This document shows, piece after piece, positions 1 through 8,207 of a stretch of 38,301 bases of DNA. The stretch is from an uncultured Gammaproteobacteria bacterium. Its GTDB lineage: Bacteria; Pseudomonadota; Gammaproteobacteria; Steroidobacterales; UBA11654. A program made the position numbers and the translations under genes. The DNA lies in assembly GCA_964008355.1 (NCBI GenBank), contig CAXGBD010000003.1, positions 1 to 38,301 of the forward strand, written 5' to 3'. Every line of letters starts with the position of its first letter. The stretch's first letter is position 1. The notes below the pieces were generated by a model. The model searched no databases and had not been told where the DNA came from. It worked only from the letters and a program-made list of their open reading frames with translations.

Positions 1-296
1 CCAAGTTGCTCAATTAAATAGAATTCTATTGCAGAATGACAATCCTCAAATTCAGCTGTTAATTCAAATGAACCATTCTCAAAATCTTTAGAAAGTAATT
101 TGAGAGACTTAAGCAACTTATTGAGTTCACTGCTACTAAGTACTCCTATAGACTCAAGGCCTTTAATATGAGCTGAAGTTGCTTCTATATCAAAAATGAA
201 CAAGTCTTTGTCCAGTACAATATCTTCTTCTATTAAGAATTTATCTATTTGGTTTGAAGTTTCAGCTTCTTTGGTTTTCCATAGTTTCTTAGTCAT
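1..296 (-). CDS. argH: Argininosuccinate lyase, N-terminal part (runs off window edge)
   Basis: Not in the ORF track. Manual translation from ATG at 296 gives MTKKLWKTKE...EDIVLDKDLFIFDIEATSAHIKGL...FEDCHSAIEFYLIEQLG, with the ArgH N-terminal LW and EDxH motifs. Start overlaps the argC stop. Confidence 0.92.
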   Translation of the reverse strand, partial: MTKKLWKTKEAETSNQIDKFLIEEDIVLDKDLFIFDIEATSAHIKGLESIGVLSSSELNKLLKSLKLLSKDFENGSFELTAEFEDCHSAIEFYLIEQL

Positions 297-1236
297 AATT
301 AATCCCAGCTTCTTCGTTTAATTGAAAAGAATAATTTAGATTTTGAATGCATTGAGTGGCTGCTCCCTTTAATAGATTGTCTAGGGTACAGCAGATGACT
401 AAATTTAACCCTGAGTCATCAATATCAAAACCTCCAATGGATGCATGATGTTGCATAACATTGTCTGCAACTAGAGGAATAGATTTGGTTATTTTAACGA
501 GAGGTTTATTTTGATAAAAATCTTTGAATAGTTTAAGAATTTCGGATGAATCACTCGGCTCTTTAAGTCTTATATGCGTTGTCATCGAGATGCCTCTAAA
601 AAAATCTGCAACATGAGGTGTAAATGAGGATTTTTTATAACAATGGGCTCTAACCTCTTCTTGATGGAGATGATTAGCCAGTGAGTACGGTAAAATATTC
701 TCACGAAGTGTATTTTTATCATTTTTATTATTTGGGTTTGATCCTGCTCCACTGTATCCAGAGATGCCAAAAGAGGATGTCTTTCCAACTAATAAATCTT
801 TAATTGGCTCAATGGATAACTGTATTGCAGTAGCGTAACAACCCGGGTTACTTAAAAACTTTGAATTTCCTGAGTCCTTTGATATTTCAGGTAATCTATA
901 TAACCAATCTGGGTTAAATCTATTATCAGAGCTTATATCAATGACAGTAATTTCCTGATTAAGCTTTAAAATAAATTCCATATAATCTTTAGCATCTCCA
1001 TTTCCCAATGCAAGGATAAGGGCTTGCAAAGAAGAATCTAATTCGAATGAACTCTTACCCAATGGTAAGTACTTTAAATTTGGATTCTTAGGATATCCAC
1101 TGATCAATGAACCTGCTTGAGATCTTGAGAATGCTTGTTTTAGATTAAAAGTTGGATGCTTATTTATAAGCTTTACAAGCTCTTTACCAACATACCCTCT
1201 TCCACCTATGAGTCCAATGTTAATGGTTTTATTCAT
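289..1236 (-). CDS. argC: N-acetyl-gamma-glutamyl-phosphate reductase
   Basis: GGRGYVG Rossmann motif, catalytic SNPGCYAT, SGYSGAG, LDNLLKGAATQ. Start moved to ATG 1236 (MNKTINIG), which overlaps the upstream stop; the ORF track extends to 1272. Confidence 0.95.
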   Translation of the reverse strand: MNKTINIGLIGGRGYVGKELVKLINKHPTFNLKQAFSRSQAGSLISGYPKNPNLKYLPLGKSSFELDSSLQALILALGNGDAKDYMEFILKLNQEITVIDISSDNRFNPDWLYRLPEISKDSGNSKFLSNPGCYATAIQLSIEPIKDLLVGKTSSFGISGYSGAGSNPNNKNDKNTLRENILPYSLANHLHQEEVRAHCYKKSSFTPHVADFFRGISMTTHIRLKEPSDSSEILKLFKDFYQNKPLVKITKSIPLVADNVMQHHASIGGFDIDDSGLNLVICCTLDNLLKGAATQCIQNLNYSFQLNEEAGINYD

Positions 1237-2539
1237 AATTAATTGTTTGTTCATAATTGTAAGCAGACTCAATGCACAGGGTCAGTTGTTTAAGGTCAGA
1301 AATGCCTATCCAATAAATATTCCAGCCACCATATTTCTGAAAACCATCACACACAGAAAGATAAAAATCATTAATAGAATTAGTGGATCTAGATCTCCAA
1401 AATAGTTGATTATGAGTTTGTCTCATTTTGTTCCATATTGCTGATCCAAGACCTTCTCCCCTTGCGGAATCTACTACAGCAAATTTATCCATATATGGAA
1501 TTTCATTTTCATGAGAAACAATGATGGCAGCTCTGTTGCAATCACTTATATAGAATGATCTTGGAGCATTATTATTAAAGTAGGTCTTGTCTAGCTTTCC
1601 ATTAAAGGCACTTTCCATAATGACGGTAATATTTTTTTCTTTTACTTTATCAATAGATTCAAAGTGATTTACCAAATGCCCCTTTTTAATTAATGTTCCT
1701 GAGCCAGCATCTGTGAATAGTTCTCTGGGTAGATGGAGTGGTTTGGTTATGGAGACAGATGTTGATGATGGAAGAAAATCTAGTAATCTCTTAATTTCCT
1801 CTAACTTTAATTTCATTCCAGAATGTAACCATTTATGACCCATTAAATCATCAAATTGCTCCTTTAGATCAATTGAAGAAATTAGATTATTTTGTTGGTC
1901 ATAAATCCCTCCAACTTCACTTAGAAAAATAATCTTATAAGCCTCTATCTCTTTTGCAATGGAGATCGCTGCAGAATCAGCATTTAAATTTAACAACTGC
2001 CCATCAGTCGTCTGACCTACAGAAGCGATAACTGGGATGTATTGATTATCTAGAATGTTTTCTATTGTTTTAATATCGGTTGAATGAACCTCGCCGACAT
2101 AGCCCAACTTAGGGTTTTTAATTGTGCATTCAAAAATATTTTTAGTGACAGAAACAGCTGCTACATCATAGTCCTGAAGTGCTTTAACTAATTTAGTATT
2201 TTCTTCTCTAAAGATAGTTAACGCTTCATGAAGCACTTCTGAACTAGTAACACGCTGGCCATCTAAAAAATCAAAGTTAATGTCTTTCTTTTTTAAAGAG
2301 CTAGATAACCTGGGCCCTGCTCCGTGGATCACAATAGGTTTTAAGCCCACTTGATTTAAAAAAGATAAAGATGAGACAAGATTATCCAGATCATTTTGAA
2401 TAATTGCTCCACCAACTTTTATAATTACAAATCTATGATCAACATTAGAAAACTTTTCAATATATTTTCTAATTTCCTTCTCACTACTGATACTGCTAAG
2501 AAGGGTTAAGATAGTATTTTTTACAGAATTATTTTTCAT
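1229..2539 (-). CDS. argB: Bifunctional-type N-acetylglutamate synthase/kinase (AAK domain + C-terminal DUF619/NAT domain)
   Basis: IKVGG, IHGAGP, NLNAD kinase motifs; ELFTDAGSGT linker; NAT domain YMDKFAV..ARGEGLG..LFWRSR..N.IN.FY, as in Xanthomonas and vertebrate-like NAGS. Confidence 0.9.
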   Translation of the reverse strand: MKNNSVKNTILTLLSSISSEKEIRKYIEKFSNVDHRFVIIKVGGAIIQNDLDNLVSSLSFLNQVGLKPIVIHGAGPRLSSSLKKKDINFDFLDGQRVTSSEVLHEALTIFREENTKLVKALQDYDVAAVSVTKNIFECTIKNPKLGYVGEVHSTDIKTIENILDNQYIPVIASVGQTTDGQLLNLNADSAAISIAKEIEAYKIIFLSEVGGIYDQQNNLISSIDLKEQFDDLMGHKWLHSGMKLKLEEIKRLLDFLPSSTSVSITKPLHLPRELFTDAGSGTLIKKGHLVNHFESIDKVKEKNITVIMESAFNGKLDKTYFNNNAPRSFYISDCNRAAIIVSHENEIPYMDKFAVVDSARGEGLGSAIWNKMRQTHNQLFWRSRSTNSINDFYLSVCDGFQKYGGWNIYWIGISDLKQLTLCIESAYNYEQTINYE

Positions 2540-2569
2540 AAAGAGTCACTGAGTGTTTATTCAAAGGAT

Positions 2570-3760
2570 TTATTTGTTATTGATCTCTTTCCATGTAGCT
2601 GAACTTTGACCCAAGAGCTTAATAAAGCCTATCGACTCTCTCATACCCCATGAAGCGGATTGAGCATAGATTGCATCTTTACTGATGAGTATCTTTCCTG
2701 CATCAACAGATACAGCATCTGCATTTCCTGGAGATAATAAAATAGTTACCTCCCCATTCACATTGGTTTGAATATCCTTTAAGAAGTTTTCCAAATTTCG
2801 AGCAAGAGGGTCAAAATAGAATCCCCCATAAATTAAATCAACCCATTGTTGACCAACTTTAGGCTTAAAGAAATTTTGCTTATCCGTAAAAATTGCTTCT
2901 TCCAATGCCCTATGAGCTCTAAATAGTACCTCTATAGCAGGGGCTTCAAATAATAGTCTCCCCTTTATCCCAATAATCGTATCATTTGCAGTGATTTCTC
3001 TTCCAACACCATACTTGCCTGCAGTTTTATTCAGATATCGCATCAGTTCTGGTCCTTTGACCTTTTTGCCATTTAGCAGAACTGCCTCACCTTTTCTGAA
3101 CCCAATTCTTATTTTTTTGTTTTTTGTAGGATATTTTTCTGGTTTTGAACACAAAGTATAGCTTTCATCGGAAGGTGCATCCCAGGTATCAATTTCAGAT
3201 CCAGAAACTGTAACTCCCATTAAATTTTCATTTATGCTGTATTTATTATTAAGAGAAGAAACTTTAAAACCTCTGTCTTCAAGATATTCCTTTTCATATC
3301 CCCTAACATCATTGACCGTATTCTGGATTTCTCTGATGGGTGTAATGATGTTAAATATGCCTAGCGCCTGAATTGATAAATCAAATCTGACTTGATCATT
3401 TCCCATCCCAGTACATCCATGTGCAATATTTTTTGTTTTTAGAGTCTTACATAGTTTTACGGCTTCTTTTACAATCAAATATCTATCTGAGCATAGGGCG
3501 GGATACTTATTCTGATAAGAGGAACCTGACCAAATCAATGGTTTAATTATTTGAGACCAAAATGATTGCTCTACATTCACATTTACGTGCTTTGTAGCCC
3601 CTAATTCATTTGCTCTGCGGGTAATTTTGGTTTCCTCTCTAGGAGAAGTGCCGCCTGTATTCACAAAAACAGTATGAACCTCAAAACCTTTTTCGATTAG
3701 GAAAGGAATGCAGAAACTAGTATCTAGACCACCTGAAAATGCTAAAACAATTTTTTTCAT
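2570..3760 (-). CDS. argG: Argininosuccinate synthase
   Basis: LAFSGGLDTS PP-loop, AHGCTGMGNDQVRF, YSINENL, GIKGR motifs. Confidence 0.96.
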   Translation of the reverse strand: MKKIVLAFSGGLDTSFCIPFLIEKGFEVHTVFVNTGGTSPREETKITRRANELGATKHVNVNVEQSFWSQIIKPLIWSGSSYQNKYPALCSDRYLIVKEAVKLCKTLKTKNIAHGCTGMGNDQVRFDLSIQALGIFNIITPIREIQNTVNDVRGYEKEYLEDRGFKVSSLNNKYSINENLMGVTVSGSEIDTWDAPSDESYTLCSKPEKYPTKNKKIRIGFRKGEAVLLNGKKVKGPELMRYLNKTAGKYGVGREITANDTIIGIKGRLLFEAPAIEVLFRAHRALEEAIFTDKQNFFKPKVGQQWVDLIYGGFYFDPLARNLENFLKDIQTNVNGEVTILLSPGNADAVSVDAGKILISKDAIYAQSASWGMRESIGFIKLLGQSSATWKEINNK

Positions 3761-3761
3761 C

Positions 3762-4763
3762 TTATTTATCCTTAAGTAATTTAGTTAGTAATGATTTTTG
3801 TACATGTTTTCTATTGCTAGCTTCCTGAATTGCTACACAATAATCGGCATCCATCACACCATCAGTAGCTTTAACATTTCTTCTTAATGGCAAACAGTGG
3901 CTAAAAATCGCATTATTTGTTTTTGCCATTTTTTCTTCGTCAACAATAAAATGTTTATTTTTATGCCTTTGTATCAATTCTTTCTCTACGTCACCATAGT
4001 GCAATAAGGATCCCCAACTTTTTGCATAAACTATGTCTGAATCTGAATAGGCCTGATCAATATCATGAGTGATAGAGAACTTGGTCTCATTTTCTTCACA
4101 ATTTTTTTTGGCTTGCTCAAGATATTTCTCATGCAAGTTATAGTTTGGCGATGGACATAGAAGTTTTACATTCATTCCAAACTTACTCGCAATTAGTATG
4201 CTTGAATTCGCAACGGCGGTATTAAGCGGTTTTGGATGATAAGTCCATGTAAGGAGGTAGTTTTTACCTCTTAAGTTGCCCAAGTTCTCTTGGAGAGTGA
4301 GTATATGTGCCAATTCTTGACATGGGTGTGTGATGGTCTCCATATTAACAATAGGGACAGTTGCATACTGAGCAAAACTATTGATCACTCTGTCTTCAAA
4401 ATCCTCCTCTAGATTTATAAATTTCGGGAAGGCTCTTACCGCTATAAGGTCACAATAGTTGGATAACACTCTTGCGACTTCTTTGATATGCTCTTCAGGG
4501 TTTTCATTCATAATGACTGCAGGCTCAAATTCTATGGGCCATGCATCACTACCTGGATGCAAAACAACTGCGTAGCCCCCAAGCTCCTGAATACCTAATT
4601 CAAAACTAACCTTAGTTCTCATGGAGGGATTAAAGAACAATAAGGCCACAGATTTATTCTTTAATAGATCTTGAAACTTATTTTCCTTTAAGTTTTTTGC
4701 ATAGTCTAAAATTTCTTGAAGATCCTGCTTGGACCAATCTTGAGTTGTAATAAAGTTTTTCAT
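3762..4763 (-). CDS. argF: N-acetylornithine carbamoyltransferase (AOTCase, ArgF')
   Basis: FFNPSMRT carbamoyl-phosphate motif, WPIEF, EEHIKEVARV, HPCQEL, LTWTYHPKPLNTAV and HCLPLRRNVK are signatures of Xanthomonas-type AOTCase rather than canonical OTCase. Confidence 0.92.
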   Translation of the reverse strand: MKNFITTQDWSKQDLQEILDYAKNLKENKFQDLLKNKSVALLFFNPSMRTKVSFELGIQELGGYAVVLHPGSDAWPIEFEPAVIMNENPEEHIKEVARVLSNYCDLIAVRAFPKFINLEEDFEDRVINSFAQYATVPIVNMETITHPCQELAHILTLQENLGNLRGKNYLLTWTYHPKPLNTAVANSSILIASKFGMNVKLLCPSPNYNLHEKYLEQAKKNCEENETKFSITHDIDQAYSDSDIVYAKSWGSLLHYGDVEKELIQRHKNKHFIVDEEKMAKTNNAIFSHCLPLRRNVKATDGVMDADYCVAIQEASNRKHVQKSLLTKLLKDK

Positions 4764-4777
4764 ATTTTCATTCAGAT

Positions 4778-4806
4778 AAAAAAAAACCCAGCTATTATGC
4801 TGGGTC
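4778..4806 (-). terminator. Intrinsic terminator (candidate attenuator 3:4 hairpin) just upstream of argF
   Basis: Minus strand reads G-ACCCAGC-ATAATA-GCTGGGT-TTTTTTTT: a perfect 7-bp stem, 6-nt loop and U tract ending 14 nt before the argF ATG. Confidence 0.88.
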
Positions 4807-4838
4807 TATTAATTATTTTAGAAAAAAGCAGACGCCAG

Positions 4839-4886
4839 CTAGAATGCCGGTCTCCTGTTACCTTCTTCTCTAATTAAATTAAACAT
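4839..4886 (-). CDS. Putative arg-operon leader peptide MFNLIREEGNRRPAF (or 20 aa from the in-frame ATG at 4901)
   Basis: Short ORF ATG TTT AAT TTA ATT AGA GAA GAA GGT AAC AGG AGA CCG GCA TTC TAG with three Arg codons, two in tandem. It overlaps the 1:2 hairpin and ends about 30 nt before the terminator. Confidence 0.65.
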   Translation of the reverse strand: MFNLIREEGNRRPAF

Positions 4887-4892
4887 AGTGTC

Positions 4893-4920
4893 ATTATTCA
4901 TATCGCTATCAGTTTGTAAA
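4893..4920 (-). promoter_or_regulatory. Candidate sigma70 promoter for the arg leader
   Basis: TTTACA(4920-4915)-N16-AATAAT(4898-4893), then 6 nt to ATG 4886. This would make the leader peptide leaderless, consistent with the lack of an SD sequence. Spacing and -10 are imperfect. Confidence 0.35.
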
Positions 4921-4989
4921 GGTTTTATCTTATTTTGATGAATATATATTTCTTATTGATTCGTCTGGTAGTATTTTTTAATATCTTTC

Positions 4990-6129
4990 TTACTTCCACC
5001 GCGATTTTTTTAAAAAGTATTCGCCTGCTTCTTTGAGTCCTTCAGGGAGATATTTCAAAAATCCATTAGGTCCGTATCTAGAAACGTACTGATCTGTTAA
5101 ATGGGTAATTAACTCATAATGGATATCAGGTGTTTTGTGTCCATCTCTAAAGCTTTGCATTGGTATTGTATGAGTTACAATTTCTTCGTGATGAGTTTCT
5201 GCTTCAGCTACACATTTGCCCCAAGGCTCATAGATTGAGGTTCCACCTCCTCCTGCATCTTCTATGAAGCTTCTGTTGTTAGGAGACACGGAATTATTCA
5301 CTAGGCCTGTGTAGACTTTGTTTGCTTGGGCCACTGCTGCAGCATCAATTCTATTGGAGCCACCCGACGCTGTTTTAATGATAAGTTCTGCTCCTTTCAT
5401 GGCCATGCCTCTGAAGATTTCGGGTTCCATGACACAGGGCGTGATGGTGATATTGCCAATATCAGTTTTGGCAACTGGCAACACTGCATCCCAGCCGTAC
5501 ATTTCAACATAGCGATCTAGGACGTCATACACTGTTGTTGTGAACAGCTCGAATCCCACAAAGACCCCATGAATATTTCTAGCTTTCCATTGTTCAGATA
5601 TGATTTCACCCTTAGGGTTGATGATCACAGATACACTCATGATATGACGTGGCCAGTCTTTGTATTGTGCATAGGTGCCGAAACTAATATAGCAATTATG
5701 CTCTATGGCTTTTTTGCCAATGGCTTCAGTCTCAGGTCCAGGAAGCCTCAGAGCAAATCCCAGTATCTCTTCCCTACTCCATTGGTCCCAACCTGTAATT
5801 GGAAATTCATGAAAGGCTAAGTAATCTTTATGGCCGCCGTAGCCTTGGGCAGCATCAATAAGAAATAACATGTGATCCAGGTTTGATTTAATTCCAGGTT
5901 TTGGGTTCTTCCCATCCACAGGGGTTACCTCACTTTGCACGAGACACAGGTTGACTGCTTCTTGTTTTAGGGCAACGGTATCGTAGGTGCCTGAGTTTCC
6001 GACAAGTTTTGGAATATCTTTCTTTATTGTCTTTGATGGGTCTGCATTTGCTAGTATGGGGAAACCGGCTAATAAGGATGCCCCATAACTGAGAAATTCT
6101 CTTCGGCTTTCTTTGGTTTTCTTGCTCAT
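4990..6129 (-). CDS. Nitrilase-superfamily carbon-nitrogen hydrolase with Tat signal peptide
   Basis: Glu-Lys-Cys triad candidates FHEFP / EQWKAR / GNITITPC, followed by PEIFRGMAMKGAELI. N-terminus SRREFL + hydrophobic stretch + ANA cleavage site. Confidence 0.8.
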   Translation of the reverse strand: MSKKTKESRREFLSYGASLLAGFPILANADPSKTIKKDIPKLVGNSGTYDTVALKQEAVNLCLVQSEVTPVDGKNPKPGIKSNLDHMLFLIDAAQGYGGHKDYLAFHEFPITGWDQWSREEILGFALRLPGPETEAIGKKAIEHNCYISFGTYAQYKDWPRHIMSVSVIINPKGEIISEQWKARNIHGVFVGFELFTTTVYDVLDRYVEMYGWDAVLPVAKTDIGNITITPCVMEPEIFRGMAMKGAELIIKTASGGSNRIDAAAVAQANKVYTGLVNNSVSPNNRSFIEDAGGGGTSIYEPWGKCVAEAETHHEEIVTHTIPMQSFRDGHKTPDIHYELITHLTDQYVSRYGPNGFLKYLPEGLKEAGEYFLKKSRWK

Positions 6130-6152
6130 GGTTTTACCTAACTAAGTTTATA

Positions 6153-8207
6153 TTAAAAGGGTTGTATCATGGGATACTCATGTTTCATATTGTCTATTTG
6201 TTGCTCTTCACCAAAATATTCTGCAAACAAATGACCTGAATAAACGGCATGGTATAGGGCGCCCGGTGCATCAGCATCACCAATCTTAATAATAGATTTG
6301 ATTTTAGAACTCTTTGCTTTTATTAATTCATGATAAATTTTATCTCTGGGTTTACGTGTGCCAACAATGACTACTGTTGATGCCTCCAGAGATGATTGAT
6401 CTTTGTTAAAACGATTAATAATTTCAATAGAACTATTGTTACTGGATAACATCCGACTATCAGTATGAATAGTTACATTCTTCTCATTTAACCTGAGTTT
6501 AATTTCATTTAATTCATTACTCATAAAACTCCATGGGGAAATGTTTTCAAATGGCGTGACCATATTTACTGTATGACCTTGTCCTGAAAGGAACTCAGCA
6601 ATTAAACCTCCCATGTAGTAATAGTCAAAATCATATATGACCACAGGACCGTTCACTTTAGCACCATTTAAAATATCATCAGGGGTTAAACAATTGCTGT
6701 TTTCATTAGTGTTAATAGGGATCGCTTTATCATCAATGGTTGTTAATTCCCAAGATGAGCCGGATGCAATAACCACATGATCAAATTCCATATCAATAAC
6801 ATCTTCTACTTTCATTTGATTATCGAGGAATACATTCACACTTTCTAACTGATCGATTTGATGAGTTCGATAATCCTTTACTCTTGAATAAGATGACATA
6901 CCAGGAAGTTGTATTTCTTTATTGATTCTGCCACCCAGCTCCTTCTCTTTCTCTGCAAGAGTGACTTCATAACCTCGTTTACCAAGACTCATAGCTGCTT
7001 CCAGTCCTGCAGGTCCGCCACCAATAATAAGAATGTTCTCATCTGAGGTTTTATTCTTTATTTTTTCAGGGTGCCAGCCCCTCCTCCATTCTTCCCCCAT
7101 GGTAGGATTCTGGGTACATCTGACAGGGATCCCTTGGTTGTAACAGGAGGCACAAATATTACAGCCTATACATTCTCGTATATCATCTTCATTGCCTTCA
7201 AAGATTTTATTAGGAAGAAATGGATCAGCTATGGAGGCTCTTGCAGAACCTACAAAATCAAGAATTCCTCTGTTGATTTGACTAACCATGTTATCCGGTG
7301 ATGTGAACCAACCTACACCAACGACTGGTTTTGAGGTTAATTGTTTTACAAAGCCATTATAAGGTTCCATAAAGCCTGATTCAGCAAATCTTGAACTTGG
7401 ACATTCTTTTGTCCATTCAGAGAGTTTTATATCCCAAAGATCAGGAACTTCACCTATTAGGTCAAATAATTCGTGAGCTTCAGACTCATGATTATCACTT
7501 TTAAAGCTGAGGAGTTCATCCGTTGAAATTCTCACAGCTATCGCTGCCCGATCCTCAACTAGTTCTTTCATATCAGTGATGATTTCTTTTAATAGTCTTG
7601 ATCTATTTTCCAAACTACCGCCATATTCATCATTTCTTTTATTAAATTGTGGATGAAGAAAGTGATACGGCAAAAACCCCATACCGGCATAACAATAAAT
7701 AATATCGAAACCAGCTTTTAGTGCTCTTTTTGTCGCATCAATGTGCCATTGCCTCAATTCTAGAATATCATCTTTAGACATTTCTCTGGGGGCTTGTAGG
7801 GACATGGTTTCAATTTCACTCGCCCTTTGTTGAATCCCTGAAGGAGAGATAGCTGTTAATCTGCTATGACGATTAGGCGCATATGCTCCCCCGTGGAAAA
7901 ATTCTATGCCAGCTAAGGATCCGTGCTCATGTACTGCCTTGACCATAGGGACATGTGAGTCTATATCTTGATCGGACCACAGCCTTGCAAATGGTAGCGG
8001 TCTATCATCGGAGCTTGGATGTATGGAACAATAACCGGTATTAATAACTCCCCATCCTCCTTCTGCCTTGATCCCTCTTTGAGCGGCTCTAGTGTTGGGC
8101 ATGTCGTTACCTGCACCCATTGCATGAGGCACTTGATAAAACCTATTTTTTGCCGTGACTGGTCCGATCTTTACAGGTTCAAACAGAATTTTGTATCTAG
8201 GATTCAT
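6153..8207 (-). CDS. Trimethylamine/histamine-dehydrogenase-like Fe-S flavoprotein (OYE family)
   Basis: LFEPVKIGP..KNRFYQVPH, KAEGGWG, 4Fe-4S motif CIGCNIC-x11-CTQN, IIGGGPAGLEAA ADP-binding motif. Start placed at ATG 8207 (MNPRY). Confidence 0.85.
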   Translation of the reverse strand: MNPRYKILFEPVKIGPVTAKNRFYQVPHAMGAGNDMPNTRAAQRGIKAEGGWGVINTGYCSIHPSSDDRPLPFARLWSDQDIDSHVPMVKAVHEHGSLAGIEFFHGGAYAPNRHSRLTAISPSGIQQRASEIETMSLQAPREMSKDDILELRQWHIDATKRALKAGFDIIYCYAGMGFLPYHFLHPQFNKRNDEYGGSLENRSRLLKEIITDMKELVEDRAAIAVRISTDELLSFKSDNHESEAHELFDLIGEVPDLWDIKLSEWTKECPSSRFAESGFMEPYNGFVKQLTSKPVVGVGWFTSPDNMVSQINRGILDFVGSARASIADPFLPNKIFEGNEDDIRECIGCNICASCYNQGIPVRCTQNPTMGEEWRRGWHPEKIKNKTSDENILIIGGGPAGLEAAMSLGKRGYEVTLAEKEKELGGRINKEIQLPGMSSYSRVKDYRTHQIDQLESVNVFLDNQMKVEDVIDMEFDHVVIASGSSWELTTIDDKAIPINTNENSNCLTPDDILNGAKVNGPVVIYDFDYYYMGGLIAEFLSGQGHTVNMVTPFENISPWSFMSNELNEIKLRLNEKNVTIHTDSRMLSSNNSSIEIINRFNKDQSSLEASTVVIVGTRKPRDKIYHELIKAKSSKIKSIIKIGDADAPGALYHAVYSGHLFAEYFGEEQQIDNMKHEYPMIQPF

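Noticed and set aside
4885-4955. ARG-box-like sequences (TGAATAATGACAC on minus; TGAATATATATTTC on plus)
   Set aside because: Only one half-site matches TGAAT-N4-ATTCA, they are not in the tandem arrangement typical of ArgR sites, and such matches are expected in AT-rich DNA.
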